NCBI GenBank assembly: GCA_964016885.1 | Contig: OZ024744.1 | Coordinates: forward strand, 99,200,001-99,264,000 | Source of the DNA: Eledone cirrhosa | Lineage: Eukaryota | Reading direction: 5' to 3' | Length of the DNA stretch: 64,000 nucleotides | Shown: positions 26,901-39,635 of the stretch, one piece after another | Numbering within the stretch: the first letter of the stretch is position 1 | How the letters are laid out: each line of letters begins with the position of its first letter | Translations under genes and position numbers: made by a program | The notes under the pieces: generated by a model | Told to the model about the DNA's origin: nothing | Database searches by the model: none | What the model saw: the letters and a program-made list of their open reading frames with translations, nothing else

Positions 26901-29900
26901 AGTGTTGGTGGGAGTGGTGGTGGTTATGGTCATAGTGTTGGTGGGAGTGGCAGTGGTCATGGTCATAGTGTTGGTGGGAGTGGCAGTGGTTATGGTCATA
27001 GTGTTGGTGGGAGTGGTGGTGGTTATGGTCATAGTGTTGGTGGGAGTGGTGGTGGTTATGGTCATAGTGTTGGTGGGAGTGGCAGTGGTCATGGTCATAG
27101 TGTTGGTGGGAGTGGCAGTGGTTATGGTCATAGTGTTGGTGGGAGTGGTGGTGGTTATGGTCATAGTGTTGGTGGGAGTGGTGGTGGTTATGGTCATAGT
27201 GTTGGTGGGAGTGGCAGTGGTTATGGTCATAGTGTTGGTGGGAGTGGTGGTGGTTATGGTCATAGTGTTGGTGGGAGTGGCAGTGGTTATGGTCATAATG
27301 TTGGTGGGAGTGGCAGTGGTTATGGTCATAGTGTTGGTGGGAGTGGCAGTGGTTATTGTCATAGTGTTGGTGGGAGTGGTGGTGGTTATGGTCATAGTGT
27401 TGGTGGGAGTGGCAGTGGTTATGGTCATAGTGTTGGTGGGAGTGGCAGTGGTTTTGGTCATAGTGTTGGTGGGAGTGGCAGTGGTTATGGTCATAGTGTT
27501 GGTGGGAGTGGTGGTGGTTATGGTCATAGTGTTGGTGGGAGTGGTGGTGGTTATGGTCATAGTGTTGGTGGGAGTGGTGGTGGTTATGGTCATAGTGTTG
27601 GTGGGAGTGGTGGTGGTTATGGTCATAGTGTTGGTGGGAGTGGTGGTGGTTATGGTCATATTGTTGGTGGGAGTGGCAGTGGTTATTGTCATAGTGTTGG
27701 TGGGAGTGGCAGTGGTTATTGTCATAGTGTTGGTGGGAGTGGTGGTGGTTATGGTCATAGTGTTGGTGGGAGTGGTGGTGGTTATGGTCATAGTGTTGGT
27801 GGGAGTGGCAGTGGTTATTGTCATAGTGTTGGTGGGAGTGGTGTTGGTTATTGTCATAGTGTTGGTGGGAGTGGTGTTGGTTATGGTCATAGTGTTGGTG
27901 GTAGTGGTAGTGGTTATGGTCATAGTGTTGGTGGGAGTGGCAGTGGTTATGGTCATAGTGTTGGTGGGAGTGGCAGTGGTTATTGTCATAGTGTTGGTGG
28001 GAGTGGTGGTGGTTATGGTCATAGTGTTGGTGGGAGTCGTGGTGGTTATGGTGATAGTGTTGGTGGGAATGGTGGTGGTTATGGTCATATAGTTGGTGGG
28101 AGTGGTGGTGGTTATGGTCATAGTGTTGGTGGGTGTGGCAGTGGTTATGGTCATAGTGTTGGTGGGAGTGGTGGTGATTATAGTCATAGTGTTGGTGGGA
28201 GTGGTGGTGGTTATGGTCATAGTGTTGGTGGGAGTGGTGGTGGTTATGGTCATAGTGTTGGTGGGAGTGGCAGTGGTTATGGTCATAGTGTTGGTGGGAG
28301 TGGTGGTGGTTATGGTCATAGTGTTGGTGGGAGTGGTGGTGGTTATGGTCATAGTGTTGGTGGGAGTGGCAGTGGTTATGGTCATAGTGTTGGTGGGAAT
28401 GGCAGTGGTTATGGTCATAGTGTTGGTGGGAGTGGTGGTGGTTATGGTCATAGTGTTGGTGGGAGTGGTGGTGGTTATGGTCATATTGTTGGTGGGAGTG
28501 GTGGTGGTTATGGTCATAGTGTTGGTGGGAATGGCAGTGGTTATGGTCATAGTGTTGGTGGGAGTGGTGGTGGTTATAGTTATAGTGTTGGTGGGAGGGG
28601 CGGTGGTTATGGTTATAGTGTTGGTGGGAGTGGTGGTGGTTATGGTCATAGTGTTGGTGGGAGTGGTGGTGGTTATGGTCATAGTGTTGGTGGGAGTGGT
28701 GGTGGTTATGGTCATAGTGTTGGTGGGAGTGGTGGTGGTTATGTTCATAGTGTTGGTGGGAATGGCAGTGGTTATGGTCATAGTGTTGGTGGGAGTGGCA
28801 GTGGTTATGGTCATAGTGTTGGTGGGAGTGGCGGTGGTTATGGTCATAGTGTTGGTGGGAGTGGTGGTGGTTATGGTCATAGTGTTGGTGGGAGTGGTGG
28901 TGGTTATGGTCATAGTGTTGGTGGGAGTGGTGGTGGTTATGGTCATAGTGTTGGTGGGAGTGGTGGTGGTTATGGTCATAGTGTTGGTGGGAGTGGCAGT
29001 GGTTATGTTCATAGTGTTGGTGGGAGTGGTGGTGGTTATGGTCATAGTGTTGGTGGGAGTGGTGGTGGTTATGGTCATAGTGTTGGTGGGAGTGGCAGTG
29101 GTTATGGTCAAAGTGTTGGTGGGAGTGGTGGTGGTTATAGTGATAGTGTTGGTGGGAGTGGTGCTGGTTATGGTCATAGTGTTGGTGGGAGTGGTGGTGG
29201 TTATGGTCATAGTGTTGGTGGGAGTGGTGGTGGTTATGGTCATAGTGTTGGTGGGAGTGGCAGTGGTTATGGTCATACTGTTGGTGGGTGTGGCAGTGGT
29301 TATGGTCATAGTGTTGGTGGGAGTGGCAGTGGTTATGGTCATAGTGTTGGTGGGAGTGGCGGTGGTTATGGTCATAGTGTTGGTGGGAGTGGTGGTGGTT
29401 ATGGTCATAGTGTTGGTGGGAGTGGCAGTGGTTATGGTCATAGTGTTGGTGGGAGTGGTGGTGGTTATGGTCATAGTGTTGGTGGGAGTGGCAGTGGTTA
29501 TGGTCATAGTGTTGGTGGGAGTGGTGGTGGTTATGGTCATAGTGTTGGTGGGAGTGGCAGTGGTTATGGTCATATTGTTGGTGGGAGTGGCAGTGGTTAT
29601 GGTCATATTGTTGGTGGGAGTGGTGGTGGTTATGGTCATAGTGTTGGTGGGAGTGGTGGTGGTTATGGTCATAGTGTTGGTGGGAGTGGTGGTGGTTATG
29701 GTCATAATGTTGGTGGGAGTGGTGGTGGTTATGGTCATAGTGTTGGTGGGAGTGGTGGTGGTTATGGTCATATTGTTGGTGGGAGTGGTGGTGGTTATGG
29801 TCATAGTGTTGGTGGGAGTGGTGGTGGTTATGGTCATAGTGTTGGTGGGAGTGGTGGTGGTTATGGTCATAATGTTGGTGGGAGTGGCAGTGGTTATGGT

Positions 29901-32900
29901 CATATTGTTGGTGGGAGTGGTGGTGGTTATGGTCATAGTGTTGGTGGGAGTGGTGGTGGTTATGGTCATAGTGTTGGTGGGAGTGGTGGTGGTTATGGTC
30001 ATAATGTTGGTGGGAGTGGTGGTGGTTATGGTCATATTGTTGGTGGGAGTGGTGGTGGTTATGGTCATAGTGTTGGTGGGAGTGGCAGTGGTTATGGTCA
30101 TAGTGTTGGTGGGAGTGGTGGTGGTTATGGTCATAGTGTTGGTGGGAGTGGTGGTGGTTATGGTCATAGTGTTGGTGGGAGTGGCAGTGGTTATGGTCAT
30201 AGTGTTGGTGGGAGTGGTGGTGGTTATGGTCATAGTGTTGGTGGGAGTGGCAGTGGTTATGGTCATATTGTTGGTGGGAGTGGTGGTGGTTATGGTCATA
30301 GTGTTGGTGGGAGTGGCAGTGGTTATGGTCATAGTGTTGGTGGGAGTGGCGGTGGTTATGGTTGTAGTGTTGGTGGGAGTGGCAGTGGTTATGGTCATAT
30401 TGTTGGTGGGAGTGGCAGTGGTTATGGTCATAGTGTTGGTGGGAGTGGTGGTGGTTATGGTCATAGTGTTGGTGGGAGTGGCAGTGGTTATGGTCATAGT
30501 GTTGGTGGGAGTGGTGGTGGTTATGGTCATAGTGTTGGTGGGAGTGGCAGTGGTTATGGTCATATTGTTGGTGGGAGTGGTGGTGGTTATGGTCATATTG
30601 TTGGTGGGAGTGGTGGTGGTTATGGTCATAGTGTTGGTGGGAGTGGTGGTGGTTATGGTCATAGTGTTGGTGGGAGTGGTGGTGGTTATGGTCATAATGT
30701 TGGTGGGAGTGGTGGTGGTTATGGTCATAGTGTTGGTGGGAGTGACAGTGGTTATGGTCATAGTGTTGGTGGGAGTGGTGGTGGTTATGGTCATAGAGTT
30801 GGTGGGAATGGTGGTGGTTATGGTCATAGTGTTGGTGGGAGTGGTGGTGGTTATGGTCATAGTGTTGGTGGGAGTGGCAGTGGTTATGGTCATAGTGTTG
30901 GTGGGAGTGGCAGTGGTTATTGTCATAGTGTTGGTGGGAGTGGTGGTGGTTATGGTCATAGTGTTGGTGGGAGTGGTGGTGGTTATGGTCATAGTGTTGG
31001 TGGGAGTGGCAGTGGTTATGGTGATAGTGTTGGTGGGAGTGGCAGTGGTTATGGTCATAGTGTTGGTGGGAGTGGCAGTGGTTATGGTCATAGTGTTGGT
31101 GGGAGTGGTGGTGGTTATGGTCATAGTGTTGGTGGGAGTGGTGGTGGTTATGGTCATAGTGTTGGTGGGAGTGGCAGTGGCTATGGTCATAGTGTTGGTG
31201 GGAGTGGTGGTGGTTATGTTCATAGTGTTGATGGGAGTGGCAGTGGTTATGGTCATAGTGTTGGGGGGTGTGGTGGTGGTTATGGTCATAGTGTTGGTGG
31301 GAGTGGTGGTGGTTATGGTCATAGTGTTGGTGGGAGTGGCAGTGGTTATGGTCGTAGTGTTGGTGGGTGTGGCAGTGGTTATGGTCATAATGTTGGTGGG
31401 AGTGGCAGTGGATATGGTCATAGTGTTGGTGGGAGTGGCAGTGGTTATGGTCATAGTGTTGGTGGGAGTGGTGGTGGTTATGGTCATAGTGTTGGTGGGA
31501 GTGGTGGTGGTTATGGTCATAGTGTTGGTGGGAGTGGCAGTGGTTATGGTCATAGTGTTGGTGGGAGTGGTGGTGGTTATGGTCATAGTGTTGGTGGGAG
31601 TGGTGGTGGTTATGGTCATAGTGTTGGTGGGAGTGGTGGTGGTTATGGTCATAGTGTTGGTGGGAGTGGTGGTGGTTATGGTCATAGTGTTGGTGGGAGT
31701 GGCAGTGGTTATGGTCATAGTGTTGGTGGGAGTGGTGGTGGTTATGGTCATAGTGTTGGTGGGAGTGGCAGTGGTTATGGTCATAGTGTTGGTAGGAGTG
31801 GCAGTGGTTATTGTCATAGTGTTGGTGGGAGTGGTGGTGGTTATGGTCATAGTGTTGGTGGGAGTGGCAGTGGTTATGGTGATAGTGTTGGTGGGAGTGG
31901 CAGTGGTTATGGTGATAGTGTTGGTGGGAGTGGTGGTGGTTATGGTCATAGTGTTGGTGGGAGTGGTGTTGGTTATGGTCATAGTGTTGGTGGGTGTGGT
32001 AGTGGTTATGGTCATAGTGTTGGTGGGAGTGGTGGTGGTTATGGTCATAGTGTTGGTGGGAGTGGTGGTGGTTATGGTCATAGTGTTGGTGGGAGTGGCA
32101 GTGGTTATGGTCATAGTGTTGGTGGGAGTGGCAATGGTTATGGTCATATAGTTGGTGGGAGTGGTGGTGGTTATGGTCATAGTGTTGGTGGGTGTGGCAG
32201 TGGTTATGGTCATAGTGTTGGTGGGAGTGGTGGTGATTATAGTCATAGTGTTGGTGGGAGTGGTGGTGGTTATGGTCATAGTGTTGGTGGGAGTGGTGGT
32301 GGTTATGGTCATAGTGTTGGTGGGAGTGGCAGTGGTTATGGTCATAGTGTTGGTGGGAGTGGTGGTGGTTATGGTCATAGTGTTGGTGGGAGTGGTGGTG
32401 GTTATGGTCATAGTGTTGGTGGGAGTGGCAGTGGTTATGGTCATAGTGTTGGTGGGAGTGGCAGTGGTTATTGTCATAGTGTTGGTGGTTATGGTCATAG
32501 TGTTGGTGGGAGTGGTGGTGGTTATGGTCATAGTGTTGGTGGGAGTGGTGGTGGTTATGGTCATAGTGTTGGTGGGAGTGGCAGTGGTTATGGTCATAGT
32601 GTTGGTGGGAGTGGTGGTGGTTATGGTCATAGTGTTGGTGGGTGTGGTGGTGGTTATGGTCATAGTGTTGGTGGGAGTGGTGGTGGTTATGGTCATAGTG
32701 TTGGTGGGAGTGGTGGTGGTTATGGTCATAGTGTTGGTGGGAGTGGTGGTGGTTATGATCATAGTGTTGGTGGGTGTGGTGGTGGTTATGGTCATAGTGT
32801 TGGTGGGAGTGGTGGTGGTTATGATCATAGTGTTGGTGGGTGTGGTGGTGGTTATGGTCATAGTGTTGGTGGGAGTGGTGGTGGTTATGGTCATAGTGTT

Positions 32901-35900
32901 GGTGGGAGTGGCAGTGGTTATGGTCATACTGTTGGTGGGTGTGGCAGTGGTTATGGTCATAGTGTTGGTGGGAGTGGCAGTGGTTATGGTCATAGTGTTG
33001 GTGGGAGTGGCGGTGGTTATGGTCATAGTGTTGGTGGGAGTGGTGGTGGTTATGGTCATAGAGTTGGTGGGAGTGGTGGTGGTTATGGTCATAGTGTTGG
33101 TGGGAGTGGTGGTGGTTATGGTCATAGTGTTGGTGGGAGTGGCAGTGGTTATGGTCATAGTGTTGGTGGGAGTGGCAGTGGTTATTGTCATAGTGTTGGT
33201 GGGAGTGGTGGTGGTTATGGTCATAGTGTTGGTGGGAGTGGTGGTGGTTATGGTCATAGTGTTGGTGGGAGTGGCAGTGGTTATGGTGATAGTGTTGGTG
33301 GGAGTGGCAGTGGTTATGGTCATAGTGTTGGTGGGAGTGGCAGTGGTTATGGTCATAGTGTTGGTGGGAGTGGTGGTGGTTATGGTCATAGTGTTGGTGG
33401 GAGTGGTGGTGGTTATGGTCATAGTGTTGGTGGGAGTGGCAGTGGCTATGGTCATAGTGTTGGTGGGAGTGGTGGTGGTTATGGTCATAGTGTTGGTGGG
33501 AGTGGCAGTGGTTATGGTCATAGTGTTGGTGGGTGTGGTGGTGGTTATGGTCATAGTGTTGGTGGGAGTGGTGGTGGTTATGGTCATAGTGTTGGTGGGA
33601 GTGGCAGTGGTTATGGTCGTAGTGTTGGTGGGTGTGGCAGTGGTTATGGTCATAATGTTGGTGGGAGTGGCAGTGGATATGGTCATAGTGTTGGTGGGAG
33701 TGGCAGTGGTTATGGTCATAGTGTTGGTGGGAGTGGTGGTGGTTATGGTCATAGTGTTGGTGGGAGTGGTGGTGGTTATGGTCATAGTGTTGGTGGGAGT
33801 GGCAGTGGTTATGGTCATAGTGTTGGTGGGAGTGGTGGTGGTTATGGTCATAGTGTTGGTGGGAGTGGTGGTGGTTATGGTCATAGTGTTGGTGGGAGTG
33901 GTGGTGGTTATGGTCATAGTGTTGGTGGGAGTGGTGGTGGTTATGGCCATAGTGTTGGTGGGAGTGGCAGTGGTTATGGTCATAGTGTTGGTGGGAGTGG
34001 TGGTGGTTATGGTCATAGTGTTGGTGGGAGTGGCAGTGGTTATGGTCATAGTGTTGGTAGGAGTGGCAGTGGTTATTGTCATAGTGTTGGTGGGAGTGGT
34101 GGTGGTTATGGTCATAGTGTTGGTGGGAGTGGCAGTGGTTATGGTGATAGTGTTGGTGGGAGTGGCAGTGGTTATGGTGATAGTGTTGGTGGGAGTGGTG
34201 GTGGTTATGGTCATAGTGTTGGTGGGAGTGGTGTTGGTTATGGTCATAGTGTTGGTGGGTGTGGTAGTGGTTATGGTCATAGTGTTGGTGGGAGTGGTGG
34301 TGGTTATGGTCATAGTGTTGGTGGGAGTGGTGGTGGTTATGGTCATAGTGTTGGTGGGAGTGGCAGTGGTTATGGTCATAGTGTTGGTGGGAGTGGCAAT
34401 GGTTATGGTCATATAGTTGGTGGGAGTGGTGGTGGTTATGGTCATAGTGTTGGTGGGTGTGGCAGTGGTTATGGTCATAGTGTTGGTGGGAGTGGTGGTG
34501 ATTATAGTCATAGTGTTGGTGGGAGTGGTGGTGGTTATGGTCATAGTGTTGGTGGGAGTGGTGGTGGTTATGGTCATAGTGTTGGTGGGAGTGGCAGTGG
34601 TTATGGTCATAGTGTTGGTGGGAGTGGTGGTGGTTATGGTCATAGTGTTGGTGGGAGTGGTGGTGGTTATGGTCATAGTGTTGGTGGGAGTGGCAGTGGT
34701 TATGGTCATAGTGTTGGTGGGAGTGGCAGTGGTTATTGTCATAGTGTTGGTGGTTATGGTCATAGTGTTGGTGGGAGTGGTGGTGGTTATGGTCATAGTG
34801 TTGGTGGGAGTGGTGGTGGTTATGGTCATAGTGTTGGTGGGAGTGGCAGTGGTTATGGTCATAGTGTTGGTGGGAGTGGTGGTGGTTATGGTCATAGTGT
34901 TGGTGGGTGTGGTGGTGGTTATGGTCATAGTGTTGGTGGGAGTGGTGGTGGTTATGGTCATAGTGTTGGTGGGAGTGGTGGTGGTTATGGTCATAGTGTT
35001 GGTGGGAGTGGTGGTGGTTATGGTCATAATGTTGGTGGGAGTGGTGGTGGTTATGGTCATAGTGTTGGTGGGAGTGGTGGTGGTTATGGTCATATTGTTG
35101 GTGGGAGTGGTGGTGGTTATGGTCATAGTGTTGGTGGGAGTGGCAGTGGTTATGGTCATAGTGTTGGTGGGAGTGGTGGTGGTTATGGTCATAGTGTTGG
35201 TGGGAGTGGTGGTGGTTATGGTCATAATGTTGGTGGGAGTGGCAGTGGTTATGGTCATAGTGTTGGTGGGAGTGGCAGTGGTTATGGTCATAGTGTTGGT
35301 GGGAGTGGCGGTGGTTATGGTTGTAGTGTTGGTGGGAGTGGCAGTGGTTATGGTCATATTGTTGGTGGGAGTGGCAGTGGTTATGGTCATAGTGTTGGTG
35401 GGAGTGGTGGTGGTTATGGTCATAGTGTTGGTGGGAGTGGCAGTGGTTATGGTCATAGTGTTGGTGGGAGTGGTGGTGGTTATGGTCATAGTGTTGGTGG
35501 GAGTGGCAGTGGTTATGGTCATATTGTTGGTGGGAGTGGCAGTGGTTATGGTCATAGTGTTGGTGGGAGTGGTGGTGGTTTTGGTCATAGTGTTGGTGGG
35601 AGTGGTGGTGGTTATGGTCATAATGTTGGTGGGAGTGGTGGTGGTTATGGTCATAGTGTTGGTGGGAGTGACAGTGGTTATGGTCATAGTGTTGGTGGGA
35701 GTGGTGGTGGTTATGGTCATAGAGTTGGTGGGAGTGGTGGTGGTTATGGTCATAGTGTTGGTGGGAGTGGTGGTGGTTATGGTCATAGTGTTGGTGGGAG
35801 TGGCAGTGGTTATGGTCATAGTGTTGGTGGGAGTGGCAGTGGTTATTGTCATAGTGTTGGTGGGAGTGGTGGTGGTTATGGTCATAGTGTTGGTGGGAGT

Positions 35901-38900
35901 GGTGGTGGTTATAGTCATAGTGTTGGTGGGAGTGGCAGTGGTTATGGTGATAGTGTTGGTGGGAGTGGCAGTGGTTATGGTCATAGTGTTGGTGGGAGTG
36001 GCAGTGGTTATGGTCATAGTGTTGGTGGGAGTGGTGGTGGTTATGGTCATAGTGTTGGTGGGAGTGGTGGTGGTTATGGTCATAGTGTTGGTGGGAGTGG
36101 CAGTGGCTATGGTCATAGTGTTGGTGGGAGTGGTGGTGGTTATGGTCATAGTGTTGGTGGGAGTGGCAGTGGTTATGGTCATAGTGTTGGTGGGTGTGGT
36201 GGTGGTTATGGTCATAGTGTTGGTGGGAGTGGTGGTGGTTATGGTCATAGTGTTGGTGGGAGTGGCAGTGGTTATGGTCGTAGTGTTGGTGGGTGTGGCA
36301 GTGGTTATGGTCATAATGTTGGTGGGAGTGGCAGTGGATATGGTCATAGTGTTGGTGGGAGTGGCAGTGGTTATGGTCATAGTGTTGGTGGGAGTGGTGG
36401 TGGTTATGGTCATAGTGTTGGTGGGAGTGGTGGTGGTTATGGTCATAGTGTTGGTGGGAGTGGCAGTGGTTATGGTCATAGTGTTGGTGGGAGTGGTGGT
36501 GGTTATGGTCATAGTGTTGGTGGGAGTGGTGGTGGTTATGGTCATAGTGTTGGTGGGAGTGGTGGTGGTTATGGTCATAGTGTTGGTGGGAGTGGTGGTG
36601 GTTATGGCCATAGTGTTGGTGGGAGTGGCAGTGGTTATGGTCATAGTGTTGGTGGGAGTGGTGGTGGTTATGGTCATAGTGTTGGTGGGAGTGGCAGTGG
36701 TTATGGTCATAGTGTTGGTAGGAGTGGCAGTGGTTATTGTCATAGTGTTGGTGGGAGTGGTGGTGGTTATGGTCATAGTGTTGGTGGGAGTGGCAGTGGT
36801 TATGGTGATAGTGTTGGTGGGAGTGGCAGTGGTTATGGTGATAGTGTTGGTGGGAGTGGTGGTGGTTATGGTCATAGTGTTGGTGGGAGTGGTGTTGGTT
36901 ATGGTCATAGTGTTGGTGGGTGTGGTAGTGGTTATGGTCATAGTGTTGGTGGGAGTGGTGGTGGTTATGGTCATAGTGTTGGTGGGAGTGGTGGTGGTTA
37001 TGGTCATAGTGTTGGTGGGAGTGGCAGTGGTTATGGTCATAGTGTTGGTGGGAGTGGCAATGGTTATGGTCATATAGTTGGTGGGAGTGGTGGTGGTTAT
37101 GGTCATAGTGTTGGTGGGTGTGGCAGTGGTTATGGTCATAGTGTTGGTGGGAGTGGTGGTGATTATAGTCATAGTGTTGGTGGGAGTGGTGGTGGTTATG
37201 GTCATAGTGTTGGTGGGAGTGGTGGTGGTTATGGTCATAGTGTTGGTGGGAGTGGCAGTGGTTATGGTCATAGTGTTGGTGGGAGTGGTGGTGGTTATGG
37301 TCATAGTGTTGGTGGGAGTGGTGGTGGTTATGGTCATAGTGTTGGTGGGAGTGGCAGTGGTTATGGTCATAGTGTTGGTGGGAGTGGCAGTGGTTATTGT
37401 CATAGTGTTGGTGGTTATGGTCATAGTGTTGGTGGGAGTGGTGGTGGTTATGGTCATAGTGTTGGTGGGAGTGGTGGTGGTTATGGTCATAGTGTTGGTG
37501 GGAGTGGCAGTGGTTATGGTCATAGTGTTGGTGGGAGTGGTGGTGGTTATGGTCATAGTGTTGGTGGGTGTGGTGGTGGTTATGGTCATAGTGTTGGTGG
37601 GAGTGGTGGTGGTTATGGTCATAGTGTTGGTGGGAGTGGTGGTGGTTATGGTCATAGTGTTGGTGGGAGTGGTGGTGGTTATGATCATAGTGTTGGTGGG
37701 TGTGGTGGTGGTTATGGTCATAGTGTTGGTGGGAGTGGTGGTGGTTATGATCATAGTGTTGGTGGGTGTGGTGGTGGTTATGGTCATAGTGTTGGTGGGA
37801 GTGGTGGTGGTTATGGTCATAGTGTTGGTGGGAGTGGTGGTGGTTATGATCATAGTGTTGGTGGGTGTGGTGGTGGTTATGGTCATAGTGTTGGTGGGAG
37901 TGGTGGTGGTTATGGTCATAGTGTTGGTGGGAGTGGTGGTGGTTATGGTCATAGTGTTGGTGGGAGTGGTGGTGCTTATGATCATAGTGTTGGTGGGTGT
38001 GGTGGTGGTTATGGTCATAGTGTTGGTGGGAGTGGTGGTGGTTATGATCATAGTGTTGGTGGGTGTGGTGGTGGTTATGGTCATAGTGTTGGTGGGAGTG
38101 GTGGTGGTTATGGTCATAGTGTTGGTGGGAGTGGTGGTGGTTATGATCATAGTGTTGGTGGGTGTGGTGGTGGTTATGGTCATAGTGTTGGTGGGAGTGG
38201 TGGTGGTTATGGTCATAGTGTTGGTGGGAGTGGTGGTGGTTATGATCATAGTGTTGGTGGGTGTGGTGGTGGTTATGGTCATAGTGTTGGTGGGAGTGGT
38301 GGTGGTTATGGTCATAGTGTTGGTGGGAGTGGCAGTGGTTATGGTCATAGTGTTGGTGGGAGTGGCAGTGGTTATGGTGATAGTGTTTGTGGGAGTGGTG
38401 GTGGTTATGGTCATAGTGTTGGTGGGAGTGGTGTTGGTTATGGTCATAGTGTTGGTGGGTGTGGTAGTGGTTATGGTCATAGTGTTGGTGGGAGTGGTGG
38501 TGGTTATGGTCATAGTGTTGGTGGGAGTGGTGGTGGTTATGGTCATAGTGTTGGTGGGAGTGGCAGTGGTTATGGTCATAGTGTTGGTGGGAGTGGTAGT
38601 GGTTATGGTCATAGTTTTGGTGGGAGTGGTGGTGGTTATGGTCATAGTGTTGGTGGGAGTGGTGGTGGTTATGGTCATAGTGTTCATGGGAGTGGCAGTG
38701 GTTATGGTCATAGTGTTGGTGTGAGTGGCAGTGGTTATGGTCATAGTGTTGGTGGGAGTGGTGGTGGTTATGGGGATAGTGTTGGTGGGAGTGGCAGTGG
38801 TTATGGTCATAGTGTTGGTGGGAGTGGTGGTGGTTATGGTCATAGTGTTGGTGGGAGTGGTGTTGGTTATGGTCATAGTGTTGGTGGGAGTGGTGGTGGT

Positions 38901-39635
38901 TATGGTCATAGTGTTGGTGGGAGTGGCAGTGGTTATGGTCATAGTGTTGGTGGGAGTGGCAGTGGTTATGGTCATAGTGTTGGTGGGAGTGGTGGTGGTT
39001 ATGGGGATAGTGTTGGTGGGAGTGGCAGTGGTTATGGTCATAGTGTTGGTGGGAGTGGTGGTGGTTATGGTCATAGTGTTGGTGGGAGTGGTGTTGGTTA
39101 TGGTCATAGTGTTGGTGGGAGTGGTGGTGGTTATGGTCATAGTGTTGGTGGGAGTGGTGGTGGTTATGGTCATAGTGTTGGTGGGAGTGGTGGTGGTTAT
39201 GGGGATAGTGTTGGTGGGAGTGGCAGTGGTTATGGTCATAGTGTTGGTGTGAGTGGCAGTGGTTATGGTCATAGTGTTGGTGGGAGTGGTGGTGGTTATG
39301 GGGATAGTGTTGGTGGGAGTGGCAGTGGTTATGGTCATAGTGTTGGTGGGAGTGGTGGTGGTTATGGTCATAGTGTTGGTGGGAGTGGTGTTGGTTATGG
39401 TCATAGTGTTGGTGGGAGTGGTGGTGGTTATGGTCATAGTGTTGGTGGGAGTGGTGGTGGTTATGGTCATAGTGTTGGTGGGAGTGGCAGTGGTTATGGT
39501 CATAGTGTTGGTGGGAGTGGTGGTGGTTATGGTCATAGTGTTGGTGGGAGTGGTAGTGGTTATGGTCATAGTGTTGGTGGGAGTGGCAGTGGTTATGGTC
39601 ATAGTGTCGGTGGGAGTGGTGGTGGTTATGGTCAT
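23964..39635 (-). other. Longest open frame (5,223 aa of T[T/A]TPTNTMTIT repeats), mucin PTS-like in composition; coding status unsupported
   Basis: Open frame in the ORF track, bounded on both sides by 1-bp deletions. No signal peptide, Cys-rich/VWD/SEA domain or unique sequence is visible. No consensus codon in this frame is one substitution from a stop, so openness is expected without selection. Confidence 0.12.
30790..37790. repeat. Three-copy higher-order repeat (~2.0 kb shared core; offsets 2,265 and 2,661 bp)
   Basis: One ordered set of markers occurs three times: CATAGAG 30792/33057/35718, GATAT 31411/33676/36337, CATATAG ending 32151/34416/37077, and a 21-bp truncated unit at 32466/34731/37392. 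Confidence 0.9.
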
